DNA of 64,000 bases, from positions 9,796,001 to 9,860,000 of the forward strand of contig OX597818.1 in NCBI GenBank assembly GCA_951406725.2. Direction: 5' to 3'. Shown in pieces: positions 38,765-51,500 of this stretch (its first letter is position 1; every line of letters starts with the position of its first letter). The notes beneath the pieces were generated by a model. That model did not search any database and was not told the DNA's origin. It saw only the letters and a list, made by a program, of their open reading frames with translations. Source of the stretch: Octopus vulgaris. Lineage: Eukaryota. Position numbers and translations under genes: made by a program.

Positions 38765-39552
38765 ATAGGACACTATAATGAAACCCGTCGGGAGGATAAT
38801 CCTGAGGACAAAGAGATAAGAAGCCATAGCCACTCATACTGAAAAGGGATACTGGTGGAATGTACCAGGGAAGACCTCAATAAAATGTCAGCACGGCCTG
38901 ATTTAATGATTTGGGATAAAGAAAAGAAACTTCTTTATCCCACAGTTGTGGAAATTAGCAGCCCAGTGGGTGTTAACATAAAGCTGAAGACCAGTGAAAA
39001 AGAGAACGCCTATGCCGAACTATTGAGAAATCTGCAGTTACTCTATCCAGATTACAAGTTCAGGTTTATACCTGTAATTATTGGGGCCCTGGGATATGTA
39101 ACACACTGCCTAAATACCAATTTTGAGAAATTAGGCTTCTCAAAACCAGAAACGAGAAAGTTAATTCCAAGACTACAGATCCAATCCATCACTGGAACTG
39201 TAAACATCTGTAAAACTTGCCAGATGTTTATAATTTAAATATGTATGAGCATGTCTAGATATGCAAGTATATGCATGAGAATACGTACATAAAGCAATCA
39301 AATCTGCACATACTTTCATATATACATACATGCATACATACATACATACATACATACATACATACATACATACATACATACATACATACATACATACATA
39401 CATACATAAATAAATACATACATACATACATACATACATACAAACAAAAATACTCTGTTGTTGATTTGAAATTCTACTGAAGGAACCTTGGATGTAGGTT
39501 AGAAACCGGTTCTTTCCCTATTGGCAAGTTATCTTGAAATAAATTGAATAAT
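38765..39552 (+). mobile_element. RLE-type (R4/Dong/CRE-like) LINE 3' end with restriction-like endonuclease and 3' UTR
   Basis: RPDLMIWDKEKK..VVEIS..KENAYAEL..FIPVIIGALGYV (PD-(D/E)xK endonuclease), stop at 39238; the UTR contains a (TACA)n expansion. Confidence 0.88.
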
Positions 39553-39636
39553 GATATATACATATATCCATATGTGTATATTTATATATTTATATAATAC
39601 ACACACGTAGACACACATATATATATAATTAATTAT

Positions 39637-39817
39637 AAATAAGAGTAACAGAAAAACATTTTCTATGCCAATATGTTGAAAAATAGACTTTAGATCGTCT
39701 AACCACATACAAAATACAATATATTACGATGGAAGTGTTATATTGTATGTGGTTAAACGATCTAAAGTCTATTTTTCAGCATATTAACATAAATATATTT
39801 TTCTTTTGCCCTTATAT
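39637..39817. repeat. Inverted repeat (hairpin) with about 43-bp high-identity arms
   Basis: 39670-39712 is the near-perfect reverse complement of 39743-39785, with looser outer arms. Confidence 0.9.
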
Positions 39818-40459
39818 ATAAGTATTTATAATTGTATAATTTACATCTTAAAAGATATTTTAATATGCTGGCGAGTGATAACATTTTTTTTTTTAAATAT
39901 TATCCTTATATTAGTAGTAGTAGTAATATATATATATATACATTGCTGATTTAATCTATAAGCATAGGGTTAGTTTATGTAACATATACACTTGCACAAT
40001 TAAATCATTTCGATACCAGTTTTCTACCGTGACTACTTCAGTTGGTATACACCGCCATCGTAATCGTTTTCTCTCGTATAAGTACAGCGAATCATTATTT
40101 CAAATGCTACGCTCTTTATTTCTTCATTGGTAAGGACACATCTCTAAAACTCAACATTGTGGCAAATCCCACTTCTTTCTCATAGAACATACACAATGTT
40201 TCTCTGAGTAACTTTAGATCAATTTCTTCCTGGAAACATACACCAGTTGTGCCGTTCCAGACTTGTATGCTGTCAGATAACTAAATATCTTGAAACATAA
40301 TATAGATTTAGAGAATTTAGATTTCCAGACAGGATACAATCTGTTTGACATTCATATAATTTAATGTCACTTCTGTGTGCTATTTGCGTGGCCATTTTAT
40401 TTATTTAACAGTATGTATGCGTGGGTATCTCCATCTGCAGCAGTGTATGTATGTATATA

Positions 40460-40495
<36 letters not shown>

Positions 40496-40517
40496 TGTAT
40501 GTATGTATGTATGTATG

Positions 40518-40548
<31 letters not shown>

Positions 40549-40568
40549 TGTATGCATGTATGTGTATG

Positions 40569-40605
<37 letters not shown>

Positions 40606-41188
40606 ACGCATATATGTACACTGATGGAGATACATATATATACATAGATATGTACATATACATACATGTATGTATGTATATATGAATGTATGTATTATGC
40701 GCGTGTGTGTGTGTATGTGCTTGTGTGTGTCTGAGTGTGAATGAGTGTGTATAATAGTGAGAGTGCCTGTATAAATATATATTCTTTGAATTTTTACTTT
40801 ATTGTGTGTGTGTAGGTCGTATGTATTCATGTATTCATATATAATACATATGAACACAATCATGTATATGTGTATATGTACATGCATACATACGTGAGAG
40901 ACAGATGTGTGTGTGTGCCTATGTATGCATATATGAATGAATGAATGAATGTATGTATGTATTTATATAGATATGTAGATAACTACATATGGAAGAGTGA
41001 TTTGTGTTTATAAAAAAGCATTTGTGTCTATCTCTCAATGTATATTTATAAGCTATGTAAGTTTGTATGTATCTACTTGTATACGATAAGCTGAAACTAG
41101 AATCAATCAATCAATCAATCATATATATAAGTGAGTGTATGTGTACGTGTGTGTGCGCGCGTGTGTCTGTGTCTATGAGAACACACAG

Positions 41189-41269
<81 letters not shown>

Positions 41270-41929
41270 CCCATGATCTCTATGTATACACATGCCACGT
41301 ACACGTAGACATACATACACACACTCCCACATACTCACTCACACACGCACATATGTATGTTTATATGTTTTTATGTATGTAAACATGTGTCTGTAGGCAT
41401 ATATGCAAAACAAGACAGGTATTTAGTTCTTTGTCTGATGATGGCTATCCATCTATATTACGTGGTATAATCATTATTTTGTCAACAAGTCTATAATAAC
41501 GCATGAATTACTGCAATTATAAGGTTGAATGATGTCTGAACTTGCATTCACTTGTTGAAACCGGATGATAGTTTGTCAGTGAAATTAGAATTTGCTGAAG
41601 TAGCAAGCATGTTAAGAGACAGTCCATCAAACATTAGACCCGGTCAAAAGCTGTCAGCATTAATTGCTGCTATATTTCATATATCAACTATTACTTGTGT
41701 GTGTGTGTGTTGGGAAGAGGAGATATTTTGAAGTGCCTATCTATCCTTATATAGTGTCCTCTGAGATATCTGCAAGCTTTCAAACAATGAAATACACAGG
41801 ACATAACTATACATTACGATATGAACCGACGTTCGCGTTACCAGGTTGTCTATTAAGATATTTACTGAAAAGTTTGCAATTTTTTAAAATTTATTGAAAA
41901 TAACTTGCAGGTAAATCATGATTAACGTC

Positions 41930-42375
41930 GTCACTTTTACTTTCTATAGACGGCATTGCTTTTCCTCATCAGACGTTTTTTGCCATCTATTGCATGAAGC
42001 GCTGCACGTTATTATTTCCTCTCTCTGCACGTTATGATTTCTTCTTCGAAGAACTTATCTTTCATCAAAATTTCATGTCCATATCAGCTTACTTTTCTCT
42101 GATGTTCAGTCACTCTCTCAGTCCATAGCCCATTTGTCTTCTGCTAGTACACTGTGGTGCATTAGGTTGTTAACATTTCATATCCAAGTATTCATGCCCG
42201 ACACGGCGTTCTCCAAAATCTCCATCCTTCTCATGCAACGTGAACGACTCAGTGTCATATTTATTAGGCACATTTCAGTATTTTGTTCATAATATTTGGT
42301 GTAACATTTCTTTCATTCCGGTCTGTACGGATTCGAAACCAACCGACGAAAGGTTATCACGTGGTTGTTTCAACC
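41930..42375 (-). mobile_element. Degenerate RTE-clade LINE fragment
   Basis: YDTESFTLHEKD..QRKVS*YGHEIL resembles ..LRWYGHV; shares about 145 bp with 38312-38455. Confidence 0.55.
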
Positions 42376-42559
42376 ATAAGTAATAGGAGCTGAATCTCGT
42401 CTAAATTATCCTTAACCCCTTAAGATGCTTGCTGGTTCAGGAACACAAACAAAAGTGGCCGTTATATACTGAGATAAAAACTACTCAGATATTTTCCTTG
42501 TATGAATAAAATAAGGTGATACCATGGAATAGCAGTACATTTATCATTTACTGGTTCAA

Positions 42560-43830
42560 AAATTTAAGCAACAGAAATTATATAAAATTTCTGATTCCAA
42601 CATTGTCGAATTTTTCGATATTTAGCCTAGATTTTGCTCAAAAGAATATTAGATTTCAGCACATTATATTTCCGTCGGTGATTCGATGACGATCTCAACT
42701 TCTACGTTTTATGGGCAAAAAGAAATAATGTTTATTCTTTCGATGTGTACACTAGAATCTTTGGAAATACAGCCTTTATAGTTTATTTTGTTGAGCAATA
42801 AATTCAATTACTATATTTAAAATGCAGTGTATTTCGGGATGATGTACAAAATAAGAATGTTCAACAATTGGGTAGATTCACAAAATATTTGAGACATCGA
42901 AAATCTCTACGTAAAAAATTTATTTTAAAAAACAGTTGTTTTAGGCTAATTTTCGAAAGCTACTCTTGGATCTAAAAAGAAGTAAATGCCCACATGAAAT
43001 CAAATGTAACGCTACAGTACAGGACTATATATTCAAATCACCGACCTACTATAACTAATAATTTAGTGGAAAACTTTTATAATCGACTAACTAGTAATTC
43101 GGCTGACAGATCTTCCTACAACAAAGTAGCACATCATTACAATGAAGCAGCAAATTAAGTGGGTTCTAAGATAAAATTGGTTATATAAATAATATCAGTT
43201 TTCACACACGGAAATGGAAAACGAAAAACCATTTGGCTCACTACCTCATTCAATTTCAATGTATGTACACATATTGCTAAACATTAATTTTATGGTTTAA
43301 GTAAACACTTCCCGAGGAATCATAAATATAAAATTATAATACAAATAATACTAAATTTAGCTTCAACTTCACACGTAATTTTGCAATAGACACGGCAAAC
43401 ATCACAGTAAAAGCATTAAATGTCTATTACATACCGCTTATACAATTGTTTTAGCACTATAAATCGTTAATTAAATAATTCATGACATTTGAAATCGATA
43501 GAATATGATACAAAAGAATTTAGAGCAAATATTCAAGTTTCGAAAAATTATATTGGGTTAAATGGAAATATATTTAAATGATTTAATCAGTATCAATTTT
43601 CTTTCAGATATTTGGCAAGATATTTGGGTACAAGTTTGTTAATATACATATGATCTTTGAAAAATAACATCACGAACCAAAATAGCTTAAAATACATCGC
43701 ATTTCAAACCTTATGCACGAGGTAAAAACAGTTACCTTTGCCTCTTAGACAAGAACTTAATATTTTGCTTTAAAGACGGTTCATCTTAAACAAGCATATT
43801 GTCACTAAATAAAATACATCTTAGAATATT
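42560..43830 (+). mobile_element. Degenerate Penelope-like element (RT C-terminus plus GIY-YIG)
   Basis: KRKTIW..FNFNV.THIAK..KHFPRNHKY..N.NNTKFSF, then KNYIG..FK..FNQYQFSFR and YLCLLDK; many stops. Confidence 0.75.
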
Positions 43831-43919
43831 TTGCATTGCTTTATAATTGACAAGACACAATCACGATACATTTATGCAAACTCAAAAATACTTAAAATCA
43901 AAATCCAGCTGACATCATC

Positions 43920-44172
43920 TCAGCTTTCATTCCAACGTAATCGATAAAATGATGAACCAATCGAGTACTGAGATTGATCTAAAATGCTAACCCAAGCTTT
44001 AACTCTGGCGCTTTGTATAGAAAGGATTATTATCAAATTCCACCGTTGTCGACTCTGCTTTCATCCTTTTTGGGTCGATAAATTAAGTACCAGTTACGCA
44101 CTGAGGTCGATGCAGTCGACTAGCCACTTTCCTAAAATGTCAGCCCTTGTGCCTATAGTAGAAAAGATTATT
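43920..44172 (+). mobile_element. Two tandem SINE family B 3' fragments
   Basis: ctttcatcc..gtcgataaa..gtac..tagaaaggattatt occurs twice (43920-44032 and 44033-44172). Confidence 0.75.
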
Positions 44173-44339
44173 TGTAGTGGACGTACGTCGTAGCGGCTTC
44201 CGAAGGTTTAGTAATTTTGCTGAAAACAATTTGTTTACTATATTGATATATTCGGGGATGGTCATTTTTCTCTTCTTTTTTTTTTTTGCCAATTAGTCAC
44301 ACACATGCGTGTGGTTAATTGGCAAAATAAAGAGAAGGA

Positions 44340-44745
44340 AATGAAGTTTTTTACACGTTCTTTACTTAAGCTTTATTCTTACTATTCTTATTTTAGTGTA
44401 TTTTGCATGAAATCATTCATCATACATTTTGTAACGACTTCAACGTCTCTATTCCACATGTTTTCTCCTTTTCTGTTTAGTCCATACTGTCTTTCTGTGG
44501 TGTGTATCTTTTTATGAATGTTTATTAGAATTTTCAATAAAACCTCCACTACACTGGATGTGAGAAGAGGGACTGCATTACAATGCCCAAAAGGACAGAA
44601 GTTTTCTAATATTTTATTTGTTCTCATGCTTTTTTCTTACACTGTAGAGATTATGGAATCACTAACGTCTACTACTAGAGAAAGAATAGAGATAGCAGAA
44701 TATATTATTCATTACACTACTAACTTTATTCACCCAGGGTCGTAG
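44340..44745 (+). pseudogene. Class A GPCR relic (moody/Tre1/GPR84-like), TM5-TM7
   Basis: Two same-frame ORFs separated by one TGA: ..FHMFSPFLFSPYCLSVVCIFL*MFIRIF..KFSNILFVLMLFSY..IAEYIIHYTTNFIHP. A possible TM3 piece (DICKL..ITI/MNR) lies at about 41765-41830. Confidence 0.4.
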
Positions 44746-45039
44746 TTTGAAGCAGTGCGTCCAAAAGACCACCATCAGGAAATACAGCAACGATAGCAAC
44801 AATTGTAAGGGCGACGTAGTAACAGTAAATGCAACGATTTTAACAACCAGAGCACCAACACAAGCAACAGCCTTCTTTCATCCTTCGATGTTGTTGAACA
44901 ACCAATCCCAAACAGTCTAGGATTTACAGTAGCTTGCACTATTCACCCTTTCGATCGCTGGATACAAAATGTGACTCGCGAGACCTCATTCGGATTATTT
45001 TCCTGAGTCACTATCACGACCTTGTACACTAATCCACGT

Positions 45040-45172
45040 GATTACCCATATACAGCTGAGGGGACTGGAGCAACGTGAAATGAAGTCTTTTGCTCAAGAA
45101 CACAACACACTATCGGTTTGGGAATCAAAACCACAATCTCTCGATTTTATGTGCAACGCTCTAACCATGCAC
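45040..45172 (-). mobile_element. SINE family C fragment
   Basis: ggactggagcaacgtgaaatgaagtcttttgctcaagaacacaac..gggaatcaaaaccac..cgctctaacca. Confidence 0.7.
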
Positions 45173-45891
45173 CTATTCAAGCAACAACTGCATTAGCAGC
45201 AACAGCGGCAACAGCAATTGGAGGAACAACAAAAGCAGCAGCAGCAACAACAAAAGACAGCAGCGAAACCAACGTCAAAAATAAAACAACAGCAGCAGCA
45301 ACAACAAATCGGATAGTTGCTAGTAGGTTCGCGGTATCAGGGAGCATCGAAGTAGATGGCTGCGTAGAAAGTACTTTTATTTCCACGCTATTTATTGACC
45401 AAAAATATTTATTTTTTTGTGTGCCAGTAAAATGTAGATATTTATCTCTTTTCGATATTCTGACGCCAGCATTTTACAAACCCTTCACAAGTACTACGAA
45501 ACGTTTCATCTCACATGATATAATACTGCACTAATTTTGTCTTTAAGTGCAGTTTCGGTTTGGAAACAATGGCTGCTGTCCGTTTGATCTACTTATTAAT
45601 GATTTAAAGTCTACTTCTTTTTCTTCTCCTTTAAATCTTTTAGTTTTGTTTTTCTGAATTTCTTTCCTAAGTTTATGTGCTCGATTAGTTTTAGGTGTAG
45701 GGTTGACAAACGATATGTTCTAGGACTTGATGTCGTGCTATGATCCTATTGTCTCCTACTTACTCGCGTTTTTCTTTTAAATTGTTCACAAGTTTATCCA
45801 GTATACGAGGATCCTTCATTCCAATCATTGTTGATAAAAGTCTCAAATAGTCTTCTCTTGACTCATCTGTATCCATTATTTGCGTTTTTTT

Positions 45892-45939
<48 letters not shown>

Positions 45940-46564
45940 TGGAGAGTGGAGAGACAGACAGACAGACTGAGAAAGTGCGAGAGGGAGAGGAGAGGGAGAG
46001 AGAAACAAACTGAAAAACAGAGAGAGTCGGATTTGAAAATCAGCTACGAATAGCCCAGGAGTTTTTGTAATAAAGACATATTCGGTTTAATAGAACATCT
46101 GCAACAATTAATTAACGTAATATCTTCTTTTTAAAAAATACTTTAATTATTAATATAATTTGAAAAATTAGTCGAAACGAGAGAGTATCAGAAATAAATC
46201 ACACATGGAAAAGGTATTTTATAAAGTATGGCAATTTGAATTCTCGAAGGTAAATCCACACATCCAAATATTGGAAGTGCAATATATGCGGTGATTAAAA
46301 AATTGCATTAAAGTTAGAATAACTCACAGCTTTATGAAGTAGATCTATAAAGATAACAGTTTCAGTATTTCTGAAAAAGAATTGGCCTTACCTACATTAA
46401 ATTAGACTTAAACAAAGCAGCATTCTTTAAGATGTAGCCCAGGAAATGCTTTGTCTTCGCCACTAGAATCTATGTAACATGGCAAAAATTTTTCTATGTT
46501 CTGGAAACTAAAGTTTCCACATGGGTACATCTGCTGGATTTTGGATATAACTGCATCTCGTCTG

Positions 46565-46687
46565 AAATTTGTGGGGAGGAGGATAGTCGATTATATCATT
46601 GACTTCAGTGGAGAAGGTAAAGAGGGACAAAATACTGCTAAGCATTTCGTCTGGTGAACTAATGATTCTGCCAACTCGCTACCTTCA
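46565..46687 (-). mobile_element. SINE family B, deleted copy
   Basis: gaaatttgtgggg..agtcgatta..gctaagcatttcgtctgg..gattctgccaactcgc. Confidence 0.7.
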
Positions 46688-46724
46688 TAATAATAACAAC
46701 AACAACATCAACACCAACAACAAC

Positions 46725-47158
46725 TACGGGCTACAGCAAGTATTCTGCTCTAAACACAGATCTGCTTCTCAGTTTTTGACCTTAACCAGTTGAGCATGTG
46801 CCTTAGTGGCTGACGATATGTGCATCTCTGATCACGAGCAGAATTAGTGTGGGAGCATCATAGCCAAGTGTTGAGAGGAATTATTTGACGTTTGGATAAT
46901 TCACCTCAGGAAACATGGGTGTTTAGTTCAACATCCTTAAACAACCCTTATTCAGGGACCTTTTGAGTGGGATGGACTGCTCGATCTGAGGAAGATTCTA
47001 ACTGGGCTACAGCTGCAAGGTCATGCATTGTTTATCATGTTATGAGCTCACCATGTCGCGCACATATGGCTGTTGTGCATGTGCCTGGTGTACCCTTATC
47101 AGATGGGAATATTGGGCTTTGTATATTTTACTCCAGTGTCTCTTTGATGGCATTCACT

Positions 47159-47165
<7 letters not shown>
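46725..47165 (+). mobile_element. Interspersed repeat, probably derived from an R4/Dong LINE 3' region
   Basis: Its 5' 75 bp match 48800-48875 in inverted orientation; lies between AAC/AAT arrays. Confidence 0.6.
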
Positions 47166-47205
<40 letters not shown>

Positions 47206-47216
47206 AATAATAATAA

Positions 47217-47247
<31 letters not shown>

Positions 47248-48059
47248 AATAATAATTATAATAATAATAATGGTGGTGATTTTGCTTATACTCAATTTGT
47301 CTTCCTTAGCCCTCTCTAATTTTAGTGACTTCTTTCCTTTGTGTGCTCATCTGTCGTTATCCAAATCCCATTTCTTCTATTCTATCTCTGTGTTTTTCTT
47401 TCTTTACTTTACCCAGTTTCCATTGGTTCAGCTCACTTACACCGTTCCTTAAATAATGCAGCTAATCTTCATTAGAAACTACCTTTTCTATCACGGTACT
47501 TGCTCGTCCTTCTTTTGACTTTACCCCCCTCAAAATCCGCAAAGTGTCAGCATCAACATGGAGCCCAATAATATCAATGCTTTGATATCTTTAATGCTTT
47601 TACAGATAATCTCATCAATCACAATGTTGACTTTTGATGGGGGGTTTTTTCTAACCTTAGTACGCCTCCTTCAAGTCCTCAAATTCAGTGACTCTAACTC
47701 CTCTTGCTCTATCAGCTTCTATCTCAGTTTCTCAAGGGATTCTAGTTGATTATCATGAAAGGTTGTCCACATCAAATTACCTTGCTTCATCTGTGAGAGT
47801 AGCATATTCCTGGTTAGCTACGATAGTTACATTCTCCAGATTCTCTGAACAACTTTCGTTTATCATGTGACTTTCATCTGTCAGTTCTTATAATTCTGAG
47901 TCACTCTCCCTCTATATTATTCAATTTCTAAGTCAAAGAGGTATTTTCCATTCGCTTTGTTTGTAATAGCACTGACCCTTTATCAATTATTCTAAACAAA
48001 GCTAAAGAAGGATATTCACTAAACTAGAATTGGGGAACGCAAATTATCGCTTTTTCATA

Positions 48060-48600
48060 CACATTTTAAAGCTTTATGGCAAAGACAAGAATCGACTGGA
48101 TTCTTTGGTGTGAACAGGAAGGCTATTTAGTAGTGACATTTGGATGACATGCAGTATCGAGAAATGAGCTATGATGGAGATGAAGCATGGAAAAAAATCA
48201 ATCGTAAAATGTGCTTGAATGGATGTACCTGATGGTGAGAATATAAAATCTTTAAGTGTAGAAACGGCATATAAGCATCTCGGAATACTGGAAAGTGACA
48301 AAATCAAAAGTATTGAAATGAAGAAAGTCATCAGTAAAGAGTATTTTCTTAGAATTAAGAAGCCTTTGAAACCAAAAGTGAATACCAGAAATACCACACA
48401 AGCAATCAACTTGATGTCAGAATCACTAATAACGTATCGAGCAGAGAAAATTGAAGAATATCGACTGGTAGACGAGGAAACAGCTGGCTATACATAGAAA
48501 CATGTTCCCCAATTAGATGTGAACTGCTTTACAAGAAAATAATGGATGGAGGAAAGGAATTAATGAACGCTGAAAATACAGTAGAACTAAACATAGTATA
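48060..48600 (+). mobile_element. R4/Dong LINE RT fragment
   Basis: LKLYGKDKNRLDSLV..AYKHLGILESDKIK..KEYFLRIKK..NTTQAIN. Confidence 0.8.
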
Positions 48601-48799
48601 CAATCTAGAGTAATCCTCCGCCACATTCCTTTCTTAGTAGGTAGAGTCTGTGAGTATTGGTTTTAGGGTGGACAGCGTTGTGCATTGTGAATAGCTTTCT
48701 AACTGTTCTATCCAAGTTCTGTAGCTCGATCTTTGTCCGTTTCAGAAAAAGGAGTAAAGCATCTCAATACAGGCTTCTATTTATAACATTCTCACCAAG

Positions 48800-48975
48800 G
48801 AACATGCTCAACTGGTTAAAGTCAAACAACTAACAAACAAATCTGTGGTATTGAGCAGAATATTTGCTGTAGCCCATCTTTCATACCAAGACAAAACAAT
48901 GTGCATGTTAGCACTTCAAATTAGTTAAGATCAGAAGCCATGAGAGCCAGTGCCTGATACTGCATCAGGGCATCT
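48800..48975 (-). mobile_element. Fragment of the same repeat family as 46725-47165
   Basis: Reverse complement reads atgccctgatgcagtatcagg..gggctacagcaaatattctgctc..taaccagttgagcatg. Confidence 0.7.
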
Positions 48976-48985
48976 AACATTGCTG

Positions 48986-49178
<193 letters not shown>

Positions 49179-49399
49179 TTTACTGTCTTTGCGCAGCTTC
49201 TAACACTGAAGATGTACTACGGTGTCAGCTGTTCACTTCCAATGAACTATGGTAACACCCTTTAGTTTTCAAGAAATCTTCATTTTCCTTTACTGTGACG
49301 TTTCTTTCAGTAAGCACTACCATATCTTGTTTTTGGTCTTATGTCTTTTTGGTCCGTTAGCATTTATTTGCCTGTCTGTATGTACTCTAGCACACCTAT

Positions 49400-49940
49400 G
49401 AAGGTCAAAATCCATCCCGATGTCATTGCTGATCTCTTTAACAGTCGTTAATAGCTATTCGTCATTTCTAGCAAACAGCTTCAGATCGTCCACATAAAAC
49501 AGATGATTTACTATAATATTATTCACTTTGAACCCATACCCGGTGTTATTAAGTTCGTTTGAGAGTGGGATCAGTGCCATGCAAAAGAGTAATGGGGAGA
49601 GGGATGCACTTTGAAAGATGCGTCGTTTGATGTTGTTAGATTGGTTCATCCCATTACTATGGTTTAGAAGGGGATATGTATTCTACTTGGCCATACTACC
49701 TTGTAAGAATTAGGAGACGACGGAAGAGATCTTGCATATCTCACGGGCCCTGAGTAGCCAACTATGTGGGACACTATCAAACGATTTCCTGTAGTCTATT
49801 CATGCAATACTCAGGTTCTTTTTGCTCCGGCAATTCTCTACAATCATTTTATTGATGAGTAATTGATCTTTGCATCCATAAGAATTCCTTTTACAACCTT
49901 TTTGAGCTTGTGGAAGGATAGAGTTCTGTTCCAGTTTCTG
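49400..49940 (-). mobile_element. R4/Dong LINE RT core fragment
   Basis: QKGCKRNSYGCKDQLLINK..IDYRKSFDSVPHSW..IFQSASLSPLLFCMALIPLS..NHLFYVDDLKLFA. Confidence 0.9.
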
Positions 49941-50649
49941 AACTGAATACAATCAACTCGCTCCTACCTTCAAGACTGCTGATAATGTACGAACATTTTT
50001 TTATATCTATCATTGTCAATGCGATCGTTAAAGGAAGACATCGTTTTGGTGCTCATATATTGTCGCTAAATAGTGTTGTTTTGGAGGAAGAATTTTTTAT
50101 ATCTGTAGTACCATTCTATTATTAAGCATTTTCTTGGGCTAGGTGAAGTTTTTGCCCCTTCATAAAGAATTTCGAGTTGTTTTCCCGATGAAGTTGCATA
50201 TATGGAAATTAAAACTATATGGCATGGCATACTCGGCGTACTGTTAGCTGTTCCAATACCCAATATCCATTTCTAGCAACAATCTTTCGACTGGGAATGT
50301 AAAAATAGCAACAGCAACACCGTTTGAAAAAAGACAACTGAAAAGCCATGTTCGATAAAACACTGATACTAGCAATATTGCCCACAATAGGGCCGACCGA
50401 AACAACTATAGTGAAAAGAATACATTAAAATAACGACAAAAATGAACAAAAAATACATAAAAAAATAAAACCAATTTTCGTTTCAACAACCCTGAAAACT
50501 CGACATCCACCAGCACCACCATTATTAGGGTGAATAAAAATAAAAATCAAGACACCACGATTATCAAATTTGAAGTTATCAGGTTCGCAAACGCTCTGGA
50601 CTGGGATGATAATTAAATAAACGTTTCACGAAATAAAAATTAAATGCTA

Positions 50650-51500
50650 ATATCTCTTTACCAGGTTTGACCGAAACGGAGAATTAGTCATTCCAGAATC
50701 CATCCGACAAGAAATAAATCTGAAAACTGCAACTTATAAAAAGATAGGAAGAAAAAGCTGGGAAAAAACAAATAACACAACAGCAAATTGTAACGAACCT
50801 CATCCTCATATGGGGCGCCAGAATGTACGGGAGTATATATACCTGATAGAAGATGTGTAATGGAAGCACTAAATTAAATTGTTTCACATACCGTCCTAAC
50901 TCGACTGTAGAGTATAAGAATACATGTTCTGAATGTGATCCGAAAGTGATCCGAAACACAATATTCTGCAGATCTAGAGGATGCAGAAATAAAATAGATC
51001 AGGCCAAAGGATGGAGCTATTGATCCAAACACATCAAGAGAGTATGGAACCTATCTCGGATGTGATCAGTCTGTCAGGCTGCACAAAACTGTACGTAGCC
51101 ATTGAGAGCAGAGAGATAAGATTTCACTTGTATGGTGATACAAACATTCCATAAGCGTCCTGTTTACAGCAAAGGTGGAGAGAAGAAAGAATACTGCTTC
51201 TACCGCCATCATCACGAAAACAGCAAAAGCACAAACAGCAACAAAACTAGCAGCAGAGTGCAACCACAACAGCAACAACGACAGCAACTAAACACTCAAA
51301 TCACCTGCCACGAAGTAGCAATGGCAGCAACACCAAAAGTAGCGTCGATGGCAGCAGCAGCAGCAGCAGCAAAAACGGCACCAACCGTGGAGACACTAAG
51401 GGAAACACCAAACCCAGATATTTCAAGTGGTGAAGGTGACGGAGAAGAAATCATATAGCAAAAGGTAACATACAAGAAAAATAAAACGGAAAAGAGAGAC
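50650..51500 (+). mobile_element. Possible decayed LINE ORF1 (eroded zinc knuckle plus low-complexity tail)
   Basis: KLYVAIESREIRFHLYGDT resembles L.V.VEGR...C..CG..GH; followed by a CAG/ACA-rich tract. Confidence 0.3.

Noticed and set aside
39476-39520. Hammerhead-like CTGAAGG-aacct..aggtt-AGAAA-ccggt in a LINE 3' UTR
   Set aside because: Core position 9 is wrong, there are extra bases before GAAA, and there is no convincing stem I.
40005-40050. Minus-strand ctgaagt..agaaa hammerhead-like motif
   Set aside because: Non-canonical core and no proper stem II or III.
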